Assembly (NCBI GenBank): GCA_002633005.1
Contig: NMRA01000113.1
Location: 134,797-198,796 of the forward strand
DNA: 64,000 nucleotides
Direction of reading: 5' to 3'
From: Phoronis australis
Taxonomy: Eukaryota > Animalia > Phoronida
Shown here: positions 39,349 through 53,100 of the stretch, one piece after another
How the letters are laid out: every line of letters starts with the position of its first letter
Position numbering within the stretch: position 1 is the stretch's first letter
Made by a program: the position numbers and the translations under genes
The notes under the pieces: generated by a model
What the model saw: the letters and a program-made list of their open reading frames with translations, nothing else
Told to the model about the DNA's origin: nothing
Databases searched by the model: none

Positions 39349-41466
39349 TCAATTATTCGACAATGTACAGCAATTGAATACAGCTTTGAAGACAAAGTAA
39401 TGACCTTGACATTGTCTTTATAAAATGGCCAACTGCCTGTGAACACTGATTAAATCAGTGGAGAAACGGCAAATTTTATTCATTTTATTACTTTCACATT
39501 AACAAAAGGGGTCATTCAACAATGTGAATTATATTGCACAAAATGCAGTTATTAGTTTAATGAACCACAGGCCAGTCTAGATATCTGGGTAGTTGTCTAG
39601 CGTGCATGTGCATGAAATGGATGACTAATGTTGAGCAAGAATGCAGTAAAGGTATTGCCTGAAGTTTCATTATGCAAGGTAGTTAATCAGGTCCAAACAG
39701 GTTCAAATATATTTTTGTTCTGTGTATGTGCCTACAGACAGAGAATACTCAGTTTTAACTAGTAGTCTGAAGCCTTGTCCTGGCTTGTAAGCTTCACTTT
39801 AATTGGTGATTGAATTCCGTTAGAACGGTACAAGAAAACTTCATATACTGAGATGACACAATGACGCCGGGCTCTGCATCCGCTGCGACTATTCACCACC
39901 ATGTTCCCTTTGAAGCAATGGTCGTACTCGTGTGCGGTAACGGGCTTTGCATTCCACGGACCATTCACCACCACTCTTGAAACACAGGGGAAACAATGTC
40001 CAAGGATACTAAAGCCTGTTCAAGTGATTCTGTCCCCTGCTAATATAGTGCACATCACAGAATCAATGGCTATTATTGTTCTTGGTGGATGATCTTTCAC
40101 TACAGTTGCCCAGTGTAACTGGCCTAAACACACTTGCCCCCCAAACGTTTAAAGATTAACAAGATTAACACAGCATTAATTTGTTTCAGGCAGCTGGATG
40201 GGAAAAGTAGGTAACTGTTAAAAAGGCCAAAACTGATGCAGAATATAAAGCTCATAAAACTCATCTCGTAATATTCCTCATGTTACCAACAAGAACACTA
40301 AAACCATCAGAGATTCAAGAAAATGCTTAAGAGCTTATTTGCGATGGCTAGCCCTAAAACTTGCAAATTCGAAAATGTTTTTTCGTGACTTAAGACAGAA
40401 ATTTGGTATTACAGTCTACATGACAGAAAAATAATTAAATCTCACTTGAGCAAAAGTGCGGTCCCTGAAAATGTATACCCAACTACTAGTTACTGAGATA
40501 ATTTCTACAAATTATTTTTGGACTGTGACACAATTACATGGCAATTGTGAAGTTGGACCATTAGACCAAATTACTGTCTTGAGTTTCAAGTCAGTTTTTA
40601 TGAAACAGGACTTAGAAGTTAACGTTTTCAAGCGTGTTATTATCTAATTTTTTCAGGTCGTTGCCAAGCAAAGTACTTGTGATTCCTAATTTCATTTATC
40701 AAGGTTTGAGAGATCTTTCATAATTAAATACAACAGTGATGATTTTATCGTCTGTCGCCAGTATATTTTTAACTTCTTACCCTTTTAAAGTTAAAGCTGA
40801 AGCCTCGTGGAATATGTCACACTTGTTAATTGTCCTGCGGCTTTTTGAAATTTTGTCCCGCGTCCCGCCACATCCCCAGAATGTCCCACTGCCTGTTTGA
40901 CATACTCGATAATACTTACATACTGACTTAATGTGATGAGTATCTGATGCCTACAGTCTACTTAAGTCAGAAAATGAGGTAGTGTCGCCAAAAGTGATAG
41001 GTACCCACTTTCTTTACTCAAGGACGAATCCCACTGGACCACACTGCTAAACCCTTGAGTCAGGTTTGTAGGTCCTCTGACATATATTTAATAAAGAACA
41101 AAAAGGTTCCAGGTGATTATTGCAATGGGCCCACATGCACAGAATCCACACATCTGGTACAGCGTGTACCTGAAGCCTCCTGCAATGATTATTTTATGTC
41201 AGAAATACCGTCTTGTGCTCCACACGAGTTTTGAAAGATAATTTTATCACACCTCAGCAAAAGTAAAAGGTATCTGAAAATATTTTATATAATAAATAAT
41301 ACCTCAATTAAGTTTCATAAACTACTTCTTACCTGTTATGTCATAACAGTTGCATGACAAAAACTTTGAGAAGTGGAAGCGCAAGTCAAAATTTCTTTTT
41401 TATGTCTTAAGCTATTTCTCATGACCACAGACTTGTTATATGACTTGTGTATGGGATTGTCTTCAG

Positions 41467-41680
41467 TAACAAGAGCAACGCAGAGCGTTGAAATGCACCC
41501 ACGAATGCATTGTAAATGGTGTACTTTTAGGGTTAGTTATTTCATTGTATCATAAAAATGGCCACTAGATGGCGCAAAACATACAATCCATCCAAAAACA
41601 GGAACACGCCATATTTCCTAAAAATCTGTCAAGGAACTTCAGAGAAACTAAGGAAAACAGAATAAATGGTATTTCACTCG
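41467..41680 (-). mobile_element. 3' terminal part of the HINE family (subterminal inverted repeat plus stem-loop)
   Basis: The minus strand reads GTGGGTGCAT-TT-CAACGC-TCT-GCGTTG-CTCTTGTT. The motif CCACTAGATGGCGC is at 41562. Confidence 0.7.
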
Positions 41681-42549
41681 TTAAATATATTTATGTGAGC
41701 ATATGGTCTCGTCTTACTCCTTTTCCCCCTCATCTCGGTCTACACCATTAATCCTTTGTGTAGGACTACACTTCCCGGCCTTTGCAGTGGTCGAGTTTGG
41801 TCAGCTCTTGGCTCTTATAGGCTGACGATTGTCACGTGTCTTTAGGGGCGTTTTTCTTTGTTATTGTAACCTCTCTTTCAGTTCACCTTATTCCGGCCAC
41901 ATTGTCGTACGTCAAAACTTATTCAATTTTACGTCTATCACTTACTCACTTTCAACTACTTACTCAACTTTTCCCGCTTCCTTTCTCCTACACCATCCAG
42001 CACCTCACGGTAAGCTCGTTTTTCCTGTTCTCTACGATGCCTATTCATTGTCCTTGTCTTGGTTCCTCATCCGTCCTGTGGCTGGGCCACTTTGCCCAGT
42101 TTCACCCTCCACATTTTAATCTTGGGTTCGATCCCCTTCATGTACAGCAGGGTTTCCCCTGCGTGTAACCTTCTGGGCGGCCCGCCACGCTCGTTTTTGG
42201 CCCCCCCCCCACTCGTAACTCTTGACCGCCACCCACCTACTCGTGACGGGGAAACTTCACCGCCACGCAAAAATCGTTAGTAAAAATGATCTCTCCTATA
42301 ATGATCGCTAGTAAATGAATCCAAGTCCAAATGATCACTAGTAAGAATAATCGCTAGTAATGCATAAGTACAAGTCACACGGCACCTTTCGCCATTTGTG
42401 GATTGAAAGGGAAAAATGATAATTTTACACTGGGATCTTGAATTGTGCCCCGTTAAACACAAACATTCAATCCCCAACCCCTTTTCGTGCCTCGTTTCTA
42501 CCTGGTATCTGACAATGCATCTACATTTAATACAGCCGGGGCCCAGGTA

Positions 42550-44318
42550 CCGACTTGCATTGAAATTTGCACTCTGTAGACAAAGACAAGCTCAGAATCG
42601 GTAAGAAACTGTTATGTTCATTTTTTCATCCGGTATGAGTTTAGAAATACATTCGAAGTTTGAAAAAAGTCGGATTCTATACAGTTTTATTCCGATTTCG
42701 TCTGTGATCAGGAGTCGATACTATATTTCTCTTCAAAATGTTGTTCCGTTTTTTGTATCCACAGTATGTTGTCCTTTGTCTTAATTCAATACTGTTACTT
42801 AGGAGTGGATTTCGCACACAAATTTGTATTGGCAAACATCTGAATATTACTAAAAAGCGCTTTGGCAGCCCGCTTACGCCAATGCAAGCACACGCGGCTG
42901 GCTGGCGTTCAGTTCACTTTTGTTTTGGTTATGTGTACAAGTTAACAGAGAGCTGTGACCCCCAATGACCCAGCTAGCACTGTCCAACTCCAGAAATTTG
43001 TAACATGTACTACTGCGCATGCGCTAAATCTTGCCATCAGCCCTCCATAAGAAATACACAAGAACAGGCTATAATCAGCAATTTGCAAGTGAGGGGAGAT
43101 AGCTACACAATTTGCCGATAGCCAGTGGCATAGAGTGTATGTTAAGACTTGTTACTGCCAAATATCAGCGTCACTGGTGAAAATTTTTCCACGTCTCTTG
43201 AAGTTTGAAGTTTGCCCCGTTGAGGCCTATGCTAACGATCGTTCGGAAGCCAATATTTGAGCGCATAGCTCATTTTGAAGTCAAGTTTGTGGCTGAATTC
43301 ATTTTGCCATCGGATTTGCCGATAGCCTAGGTGACTACCAGGAGTACTCAGAGGTTGCTAATCCAAATTTCATGCTGTTTTTCGAAAATTTTTCCACGTC
43401 TCTTGTGTTCAGAAAATAGATCAATATACAGTGCTGTGAGATGAAATATTGCAGATCGCCTGGTTGTCTTGCATTGAAATTTGCACTCTGTAGATGAAAG
43501 ACTAGCTCAGAATTGGTAAGAAACTGTTATGTTCATTTTTTCATCCAGTATGAGTTTAGAAATACATCCGAAGTTTGAAAAAAGTAGGATTTTATACAGT
43601 TTTATTCCGGATATTTCGTTTGTGATCAGTAGTTGATAGGCCTACTATAGTTATCTTCAAAATGTTGTTCCGTTTTTTGTGATCCACAGTACGTTCGTCT
43701 ATTAATTCAATACTGTTACTTAGGATTGGATTCCGAACACAAATTTGTATTGGCAAACATCTGAAGATTAATAAAAAGCGCTTTGGCAGCCCGCTTAAGC
43801 CAATGCAAGCACACGCGGCTGGCTGGCGTTCAGTTCACTTTTGTTTTGGTTATGTGTACAAGTTAACAGTGAGTTGTGACCCTCAATGACCCAGCTAGAA
43901 CTGTCGTGCTGTAGACTGTGGAATTCCAGAAATTCCAAATACTGTTATTGTAAACTTGACTTTGCTCTGCAGACTACATACAGACTTCGGGCTCACGGTA
44001 CTAGCGCCCAAGCTTCCTGACCTTTAACCTAACTATGCGTTGTTATGATTGGTTAGGGACATGGCGCTAAGCGTCACCTAGTGGATCAAGAATGTTACAA
44101 ATTTCTGGCGTTGCGTACTGTAGACTGTGGAATTCCAGAAATTCCAAATACTGTTATTGTAAACTTGACTTTGCTCTGCAGACTACTGACTTCAGGCTCA
44201 CGGTACTAGCGCCCACGCTTCCTGATCTTTAACCTAACTATGCGTTGTTATGATTGGTTAGGGACATGGCGCTAAGCGTCACGTAGCGGATCAAGAATGT
44301 TACAAATTTCTGGCGTTG
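42550..44318. mobile_element. TIR element with internal duplications
   Basis: CAACTCCAGAAATTTGTAACAT at ~42985 is inverted at ~44091-44112 and ~44297-44318. 42554-42978 is duplicated at 43468-43898, and a ~205-bp tandem duplication covers 43909-44318. Confidence 0.7.
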
Positions 44319-45060
44319 TCCTCAGGGCGTGCCATCCACCTGTTTAATCAACCATAACCCTGCACCAAAATGACGAGTTGATTGTTAACCAGTCTCATAT
44401 TTGTCTGCATGGTCTGGATTGTACATCGTCTGCTACGCCGTCGCCGGCCAACGCCATTCCACTATCACTGATAGCAAGACGATATCAACGGAAGTTTCGT
44501 TACACAAATTGGTTTATTACGTCTACATAGTTCACATTTTTTTGTTCTATGGTTTTCACTTCGTGTATAATTGAATTTTCACACTGTTTTTAGTTCTCAA
44601 GTGCGACAGCGATCACACTATGCCGGACAGTTCATTCCCAATTTGTCTTGTGAAGTGTCCTTTACCCAGACACTTCCACTACATGATGTTCGGGTTAAGG
44701 TCTTGTTTATAACGAGCAAGCTTCAACCACTTGCATCTAATTTTTAAATTTTGCTTGGGGAGGTCCCAACACCCCCCCTCCTGATGGGAGGATCTCACAT
44801 CCCAGGCTCGCATGTGGCGCCGGGTTCCACATCCGCGTCGAGCATTCACCACCACCTTCTTTTGAGACCCAGACGATAGGGGGACCCCACCTCTCATATT
44901 CGCGTGCGGCACCGGACTTTGCACCCCGTTTTGGCCATTTACCACCACCTCCTTCTCCTTTGTGCCCTCTTGTCTGATCCGCTTTGGCACTGTGTGCCTG
45001 ACTCGCACGGTGTGCTTTCTCCCCCCAACCTTCCTTCCTTTCACACATTTTGCTCCCTCC

Positions 45061-45411
45061 NNNNNNNNNNNNNNNNNNNNNNNNNNNNNNNNNNNNNNNN
45101 NNNNNNNNNNNNNNNNNNNNNNNNNNNNNNNNNNNNNNNNNNNNNNNNNNNNNNNNNNNNNNNNNNNNNNNNNNNNNNNNNNNNNNNNNNNNNNNNNNNN
45201 NNNNNNNNNNNNNNNNNNNNNNNNNNNNNNNNNNNNNNNNNNNNNNNNNNNNNNNNNNNNNNNNNNNNNNNNNNNNNNNNNNNNNNNNNNNNNNNNNNNN
45301 NNNNNNNNNNNNNNNNNNNNNNNNNNNNNNNNNNNNNNNNNNNNNNNNNNNNNNNNNNNNNNNNNNNNNNNNNNNNNNNNNNNNNNNNNNNNNNNNNNNN
45401 NNNNNNNNNNN
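45061..45411. other. Assembly gap
   Basis: Run of N. Confidence 1.
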
Positions 45412-45479
45412 CCCCCCACCCTTCCTCGCCTTCCCACATTGTGCCCCCACCCCGTTTTGTGCCCTCTTTGTCAGTCACC

Positions 45480-45773
45480 ATCATCAAAGGTCGTCTTCAC
45501 ACTGAGAACATACATGCCAATTTTCAAATGATTCGGTTGATACGGGGGTGGACACCAAAAACAAGATTTGAAAACAGCAAAAATGACGGTAGTTGGATCC
45601 GTTCGAAAGTTCGCTCATGCCATCCCATCCATGAAAGGAACACATGTGCAAAATTTCATGAACATACCTCAATCGGTTTTGGAGATAGAGCAGTGGACGC
45701 CGGACGGATGCCGCCCAGACGGACGCAGATGACGGCATAATGCGTCCACATATAAATATGTGGGCGCATAAAA
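45480..45773 (-). mobile_element. 5' terminal part of the HINE family
   Basis: Subunit sequence, GGAC microsatellite and the palindrome ATGCGTCCACATATAAATATGTGGGCGCATAAAAA. Confidence 0.75.
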
Positions 45774-46172
45774 ATTCTTCTTTGAGTCAAAAATAATTGC
45801 TAAAACTGACATATTTCTTTTTTTTTCAGAGGCATGCCACAACCACTCAAAATACTACCAAACGTTGTACCATATAAACCATGCTAAAAGCAAATTTTCC
45901 TGAAAAGTTTTTATTGTTGAAAATTTTGACAAAGTGAAATGTCACCTGCTTGCCACATTATCTCTCAAACTGAACAATTTTTACCAATGAAAGTCTGTGT
46001 ATGGTGTTTTGAGAGGCTTGATCAATATTAGCGTACTGCTGTGACCAGAAGAATGGGGAGTTGGTGCGAGTGCATTTCTGATCGGACAATGCGGTGATTT
46101 CAATCAACTTTGCATTCACAGGTGACTATAAATTCAAACAAATTTCAAGCACAAGAAGTTAAGTATACTTAC

Positions 46173-46287
46173 TTCGGGATGTCTCCTATCTTGGGAGCAC
46201 GTCCCGACGTCTTACGTGACTCCAAGATTGGCAGACTTGACTCGATGATCATTGTAGAGCTGTGACCAGTGCACATACCACTAGAGC
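46173..46287 (-). CDS. CAMKK2: Probable upstream CaMKK coding exon (SSGMCTGHSSTMIIESSLPILESRKTSGRAPKIGDIP)
   Basis: Strong acceptor ttcctctttgcag| and donor |gtaagt. The 115-nt exon has an open frame that is phase 1 at its 5' end and phase 2 at its 3' end, which fits both flanking exons (AA|A CAG AGC). No homology support. Confidence 0.6.
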
Positions 46288-46616
46288 CTGCAAAGAGGAA
46301 AGGTGGTGACATATCAGGGCTTCATCCAGGTGAACAGGGTGTCAAAGGAAAACTAAGTTTATTTATTATTTATTATTGTGATATTTAAAATGAGGGTGGC
46401 CTCTTCAGTGATAGCACTGCTTTCCAAGAGGGCCCTCAAGTTAAAGGACACCTCGCTCAGTAGTTGGCCACCAAAGTGTAGCAAGCAAGAAAGCATGCTT
46501 GTCAACAGCTCTGGGAGCTCATTCGCTAGTCCACAATAAAAAACTGGTTTAGAACTGACGTGCGATATAAAAAGCTTTAGCATAAAACCATGTCTACACA
46601 GTAACGTAGCATACTA

Positions 46617-47030
46617 TAACTGCCTTTACACGAGAGACACCGTGCCAGTAGTGTCATGGTGCCACTTGCTCCACTTTAGTCGCATTTACGCAAACTGGAT
46701 CAGCATGAGTCACTTAAATGAAGACTGTCTGTACATTCCCGCATACACAAACCACGTGGAATGCCAGCTGATCACCCGAATATACGCTATTGCACAAGCA
46801 CATCGAACGATGATCCCAGCTCCGCCCTGCCCCAGTTGTGTTTAGATGACTGTGTAGTTGAAACTAGACCAACTGATCGAGAGCAACTCGTTCTACCTAT
46901 CAAACCGGTGTCAAAAACTGGCTGTGGCAATGTCATTTGCTCTTAGTCGTGTTTACACACACATTTGCACCCAATCAGCTGTTCTGTGGTACCTGAGCCT
47001 TGTCAGCTGTCTCTCGTGTAAATGAGGTTT
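46617..47030. mobile_element. Second copy of the same MITE family
   Basis: TIRs TTTACACGAGAGACA / TGTCTCTCGTGTAAA. The interior is colinear with 29650-30122. Confidence 0.75.
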
Positions 47031-48559
47031 ATAACAGCAATTTGGCTTAAAAACACTGTTCATGCAATTGGTCGTGGATACCATGAGAAATTGGGATTTT
47101 GGACGACCTACATATTGCTAAAATCCTGGATGAACCTTTGGTTCACATACGTGTAGCATGTTTCACATACTGTAGAAATTGATCGCTTTTGTGACAAAAT
47201 GTTTCTGCGTTATTACACACTCAAATGACTTTGATTAGGGCGTAGGACTCTTCACTTCAACATGTTTCACAAACGAATACACTTCAAGCACACCATCAAC
47301 TGCAGGTCATTTCAGATAAAACTCTTCACAAGTAAATTACTGGTAAACAGTCTTAAATGTAGGATGCCTTGATCAGTATAGAGTCGGAAAATTTCACAAC
47401 TGTTTCTTGACAAGTGCGTTTTTCATTGAGTGCACTTCCATAATTGAAGACCATATTAATCTACATTCATTATTGGTCGACTACCCGATTTGTTTCAAAA
47501 GTTAAACAACGTCAAGTAAATGTTAGTATAGTGATCACTTTTACAGATTCTGACTCTAGAGTTTCACAAACGTTTCATGTGACCAAGAGTCTTCATCAAA
47601 GCAAATTGCCAACAATGCCAGTCTTAAATTACTGTTATGGGCAATCTTATTGGCAAGTTGTGAATTTACCAAATATCTACAAAACTATACAATGACTGAA
47701 TTAAAACTATTCATTTTACAAAAGCAAAAAGCTTGCAGAACTTAATATCAATAACAAGATATAAATAACTAAGAATCTTTTAAAAATGCTATCACTGGGT
47801 TTCAGTTTGCTTATCACTTTCATTTTATAGAACTTTTGATGGTTTCATAAAAATCCTAGAAGTCCCATGGCAAAATCTCTCCAATTTTGGAAAAAAACAA
47901 TAGCCAAAAATCTGTTTTCACTTTCCAAAGACTTACAAGCACTGCTGTAAATGCATGTCCCAAATTCTTAAACATAGCCTGATGATACAGCACTTATTTG
48001 GTATAACTTATTTCTTACAAAACAAGAGCATAGCAAACTGTTGAAATGCGTCACAGTATGATTCTAAGAATGTTATTATGACAATATAATACATAATATA
48101 AAATCAAAACGGCCACCAGGGTTTGTACCACAAGTCAAGTCTGCCATCTTCTTGAAATATGCATATTTTGCCAAATTTTGTGAACATCCATAAAAGAAAG
48201 AACTTTGTAGATAAAGAACCACAGATAAAGAAAATCTACCACAGTTGTCAGGCTTGTCCCGAAATCAATATCAGGTGCTCTCTTCTCATTAAGAACACTT
48301 TTTCCAAATGTCATGAATAGTTTCCCTGGCGAATACGGTAACACACCCAACGTATGATGTCATAATTTTAAACCATCACAAAACAATATTGAGTAAAGAT
48401 CTCTTTTGGAACCAAGAACCGTACCTTGACGTGGTAAGTGTACAGCCGTTTCGTTCATATCTCACGGACTGGATTCACCACCGGGTGTGCCCTCTGTTGT
48501 TGTAGAATAAAACGATAAGAAATAGTAACGGGGGTTCCCTAATGTCAGGGGAAATCCCG

Positions 48560-49800
48560 CAACAGATCTAAATACACCGTAGGTAGATCAAATCTTGGAT
48601 CTCTGTTAAGACTAGGTTTGTGGACTTGGATCTCAATTTCTTCTCGTACCCTGCGCTTCCACTTTTTTGGGTGTAGACTTAATATACTGAAGTCCTCATC
48701 AGAGATCTGATGATGTAGATCTCTGGCATGCTCTTAGACAGCACTAGTAGGTCTAAGGTTGAGGTTACAGTGATCCTTAACCCTGGTCGATAACTGGCAA
48801 ACCGTCTCACCGATTAGTTGTCAATACACTCACCACACTAATTTTGTATTCGTACAGCACACCACACCTCTCAAGGGGGTTGACACATCTTTCACTGATG
48901 GGGGGATGGACCGAATAGTGTTAAACAGTTTGTGGATGATCGTAGGATCAGGGAGGTCACTCTGTAGTGGTTGTTCCTCGTTACGTACATCAAACATCCA
49001 GTTGCGATATGCTATCGTTTGTGAGACAGGTGATTGGAGGCGAAGCCGAGATACTGATCAGTGTGTGTAGGCTTGGGGTAAACGGAAATGGAGATGGAAC
49101 CATCATCGTGCAGTCGGACTGGAGTGTCGAGGATTTAGGAGAGAATGCCATATTGTTCCAGGTAAATTGGATGGATGGATCTAGGCTGCTGAGGTGTTAG
49201 TGAATTCATCAATTAGCAGTTTCATGGATGAAAACAAATGCGTCGTCAACATAACGACTCCACTGTAATGGGGGAGTAATGGAGCTGTTGCAATAGCACA
49301 AGACTCGAAATCTTCCAAGAGGATGTTAGCAACGATGGGTGAGATGGGAGACCCCATGGGCGCTCCTTGGATCTGATAGTAGAACTGGCTGTCATAGACA
49401 AAATAAGTAGTGTTCAAACAAAAGTCCAAGAGTTGTATGACATGATTAACCAATAGATGGGTGTGATTACTGAGATCACCACCGTTCCCTAACCGAGACT
49501 TGATAACCGTGACGGCTTTGCCCGAGGGAGCACTAATGAACAGAGCGGATACATCGTAGGATAGCATCTAACGTCCTGGTGGTACTGTATCTCAATTTCA
49601 CTGATTCTGTCCATGAAGTCTTCACTGTTGTGGATGTGATGGGGAGACAAACCCACCAATGATGCAAGAATGTTTGCCAAAACTCTATCTGAGTTGTAAG
49701 TGATACTGCCAATGTGTGCCAATGCACGAGACGATAGGTCTTAGGGGAGCACCTCGTTTATGAATCTTAGGTTAACCACACAGTTTAGGCCCTTCATAGG
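48560..49800 (-). mobile_element. Decayed Penelope-like retroelement (RT plus GIY-YIG endonuclease)
   Basis: [53 protein letters not shown] and C-terminal EEIEIQVHKPSLNRD motifs, broken by frameshifts and stops. Confidence 0.9.
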
Positions 49801-50149
49801 ACATGGGGTAAAACTGGTTAGGCTCTTGGTTCCAAAAAAGGGATCTTTACTCAATATTTTTCATCACTTAAATGGAACCCAGTAATATACATAGTCTCAT
49901 CATCGAACAATGTGTGTGCAACTTGCCCAGACAGTTTCATACAACAAATGAAGTTATAGCATTTTTCATGACTGCAAGTATCCTAAAAATTTATTTGGCT
50001 CTGGGAAATGACATTCCTAAAAGCTTGGCAGTGCAAGAGTAAAGGGACATTCTCAGCAAGAAAAGTAATTTTACTGAAAATAGCAGTAGCTCGAGACAGC
50101 GTAGTGAAAAACGGAAAACATCCTCTAAAAGCCCGTTCAAATTTCTATA

Positions 50150-50848
50150 AAAATCCATCAGGGAACTTCAGAGAAACAGAGGAATAATGGAAAAAATGAA
50201 ATTGCCACTAGGGGCACTGCGTTTATTGGATCTGTCTGAAAGTCGTCCTCATACTCGTCCGTTGTGAACTTCATTATGATAAATACACTTGCTAAATTTA
50301 ATAAACATCCTGCAATGGGTGTAGGAGATACAGCTATGGGTAAAAATATGCCACTAGGAGGCGCCACAGTAGTCAAAGTCATCGGAAAATCATTGTCAAC
50401 CGTTCTCTTCACACTAAGAACATATATGCCAATTTTCTACATCATTCTTAGAGTGGTTTGGTCGATAGTGGGGCAGATGCCACAAAACAGACTCAAAAAC
50501 AGTATAAGTGGCCACTAGGTAGCGTAAAATATCTATCCATACGAAAATAGGAGGAAAGCGTCATCTCATTAACAGATGACAATGCGCTACATTCCATGAA
50601 AATCCGTTGAGGATATTCGAAGCTACAGAGGTAAATGTAAAAAACTAAAATTACCACTAAGGGGCACACTGGTAGTCGGATCTGTCCGAAATTCCTGTTC
50701 ATGTGTCGTCAGCTTCATAGGAACACATCTGCCAAATCTCATCAAGATTCTGTGAGAGGATTAGGAGATACAGCTATGACGCCTGGACATTGGACAAACA
50801 GAGATGACAGCAATATGCACCCACATACAAATATGCGGGTGCATAAAA
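50150..50848 (-). mobile_element. Copy of the same HINE family
   Basis: Subunit motifs at 50205, 50351, 50512 and 50654, and the terminal palindrome ATGCACCCACATACAAATATGCGGGTGCATAAAA. Confidence 0.8.
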
Positions 50849-51055
50849 TGTTTTTCAGCAATAAAACAAATAATGTCCCTTTAAGAACTATGCCACAAGC
50901 GATTCGGAAGGTAAACTGAGAAGAAAATAATTAATGCCATTAGAAAGAGTAGGCCTTGTAGACTTTTGTCCAAAGAATGTGATCAGATTCTCTGTTTCAT
51001 GACTTACAATAACAGCAACATTATGCAATGAAAATGATGAATTCAATGACAACTA

Positions 51056-51303
51056 CCGTAATCGTTCGGGTTAACGACCTGGGCGGTTAAATTGGCGAAC
51101 CCAAAAAATTGGGGGAGGGCGGTTAACCGAGCAGTGGGCGGTTGAATCGAAAATCCACCTAAAGTAGGGGATGGGCGGTTAACCGAACATGGGCGCTTAT
51201 TACGACAGTCAACCGCCCTGGGCGGTTAATCTTACCTGGCGATCTAAATCCCGACACGACACTCATACTCGGAACGCGTAGCCCTTTTCAAAGAGCTTTA
51301 TCG
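51056..51303. mobile_element. Left end of a related pogo-like MITE running into the gap
   Basis: TA|CCGTAATCGTTCGGGTTAACG followed by several GGGCGGTTAA repeats. Confidence 0.6.
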
Positions 51304-51369
51304 NNNNNNNNNNNNNNNNNNNNNNNNNNNNNNNNNNNNNNNNNNNNNNNNNNNNNNNNNNNNNNNNNN
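51304..51369. other. Assembly gap
   Basis: Run of N. Confidence 1.
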
Positions 51370-52623
51370 GAAGCCTTAGTGAATCACTCAGAAACTCGCA
51401 ATACTCTCTTTGTCAAACCTTATGTTAAGACGATTTCCAAAGCAATCCCGTCATTATTGCCAATACGAAAAACGGATTTGGTCTTTTGGGCATTTGAAGA
51501 CTATTTTAAATACGACAAATTTGTTAAGAATCGATGGCACAAAACGTGTAATCAGCATTACAAAAAGAAGTAGGTTTCGCGCGCAAACGCTGTGGACCAT
51601 AAACAAGTAGGTCTCTTAGTATGGGATTTGTAGTTAAATCGTGGTGGTGTAGTGGTAACGCACGCGCGCTCTATGCGCAAGGTTGTGAGTTCGAGTCTTT
51701 GGTACTTGCAGTTTTTCCTATTTGACACGTTCTCCGTGTTTTTTTTGCCTTTTTTTCTTGAATACTTCAGGAATCAAGGAAAATACTTGATTTTTAGAGG
51801 TAAACACAGAAAAATTTCCTGGGCGGGAAGGGGGGCAAACCCCCCTCCCGACCTCCCCCCATTCGGTGCTATGCGCATCTACAATCGTGGGTCAGTTTGC
51901 GCACATGTTTACAGCCGGACAAAATGTTGGGCCCCCCCTTGTGATATCCTAGATCCGCCACTGTATAATACAAAGTTTAGATTGCTGACAACATCAACAG
52001 ATCGTTTTTAAATCTTATTCAAGAAAATGAATGTCTTTGTAATGTCTGCCTGGTATTAGGCTTAGCTGAAACATTTTAAGCAAAAATGTCATAAATGTTT
52101 ATGGTTTGAAAGCAAAGCATTTTAGCAGAAAGGTTTTAACAAAAGGCACACACAGGCATGGCACTGCTTCTTTCCTGACAGGAAATACCACACACAGGCA
52201 TACATGTGTCAACAATGAAATGTTGCCACATTACGTAAATAATTCATGCAAAAACGGCTGCTTCCGCTCAACAGCAATAACAAGTTTGTTGTGTTTTTAA
52301 GCTAAAATGTTTTGGGCTACCAAATACAAAATAACAAACTTCACCCAACATGGAATTATAAAGTTACACATAACTATTGCCATAAGACACAGAATCACAA
52401 TCTTTGACGGGGTACACAAAATCCCCAAAGACAAATATTCTTAGGTTTCCAACAATAATCACAGAAACTGGTATCCCCCGAAATTTAGCCACAGTTGAAA
52501 CACTGCTAACTTTTGTCAAAGTTTACTGATTTCGTAGGATAAAACCAGATGTTTGTTTAAAATAATTGTGAAAACTCATGAAATCTTGTCTAGTTTCATT
52601 CCAAACAATTCAAAACTGAACAT

Positions 52624-53100
52624 TCGCAGCACAAATAAAAAAGTTCACGTTCAACGTTTCGTCTATTCATTAGACATCATCAGGATAATTATTTACTAAG
52701 GACAGCAAGTGCCAACATAGAGCTCAGGTAACATCCATACTTCACTTCCTTTGTAAATAATTACCCTGATGATGTCTAATGAATAGACTAAACGTTGATT
52801 GAACATGAACTTTTTTATTTGTGCGGCGATCGTCCAGTTTTTAATCTTACTTCGGCCAAAAACGGATTCAATAAACAATTCAAAACCAATCAAAACGGTA
52901 AAGAAGGATTCGGCAACTTTGACATCAAAATTGCAGGTGTAAAACTGAATGTTTTCGTGAAACGGGAATGGTTTCTGTTTCACAAACAGTTCAATCAATC
53001 ATTTCGAATCCAGCAGTTGCACATCTCCATTACCTTTATGCCATCCTCGTAACTTTCTAGAACGGTTCACCCAAAATTGCTTTCTAAACTTTAGACACAT
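52624..53100. mobile_element. Penelope-like element fragment with an inverted terminal repeat
   Basis: ~75-bp inverted arms at 52624-52696 and 52753-52829 contain CTGATGA..GAAAC. They are followed by a broken + strand ORF starting MNFFICAAIVQFLILLRP. Confidence 0.55.
52652..52686 (-). ncRNA. Minimal type I hammerhead ribozyme-like motif
   Basis: The minus strand reads ATC-CTGATGA-T-GTCTA-ATGAA-TAGAC-GAAAC-GTT-GA: both core boxes, a 5-bp stem II, a loopless palindromic stem III and a very short stem I. Confidence 0.55.

Noticed and set aside
44679-45740. Long ORFs spanning the N run
   Set aside because: Artefacts of the gap. The pyrimidine-rich flanks look like low-quality sequence.
48440-48485. 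Hammerhead ribozyme downstream of the Penelope ORF
   Set aside because: A GAAAC and a weak stem II are present, but the CUGAnGA box is missing.
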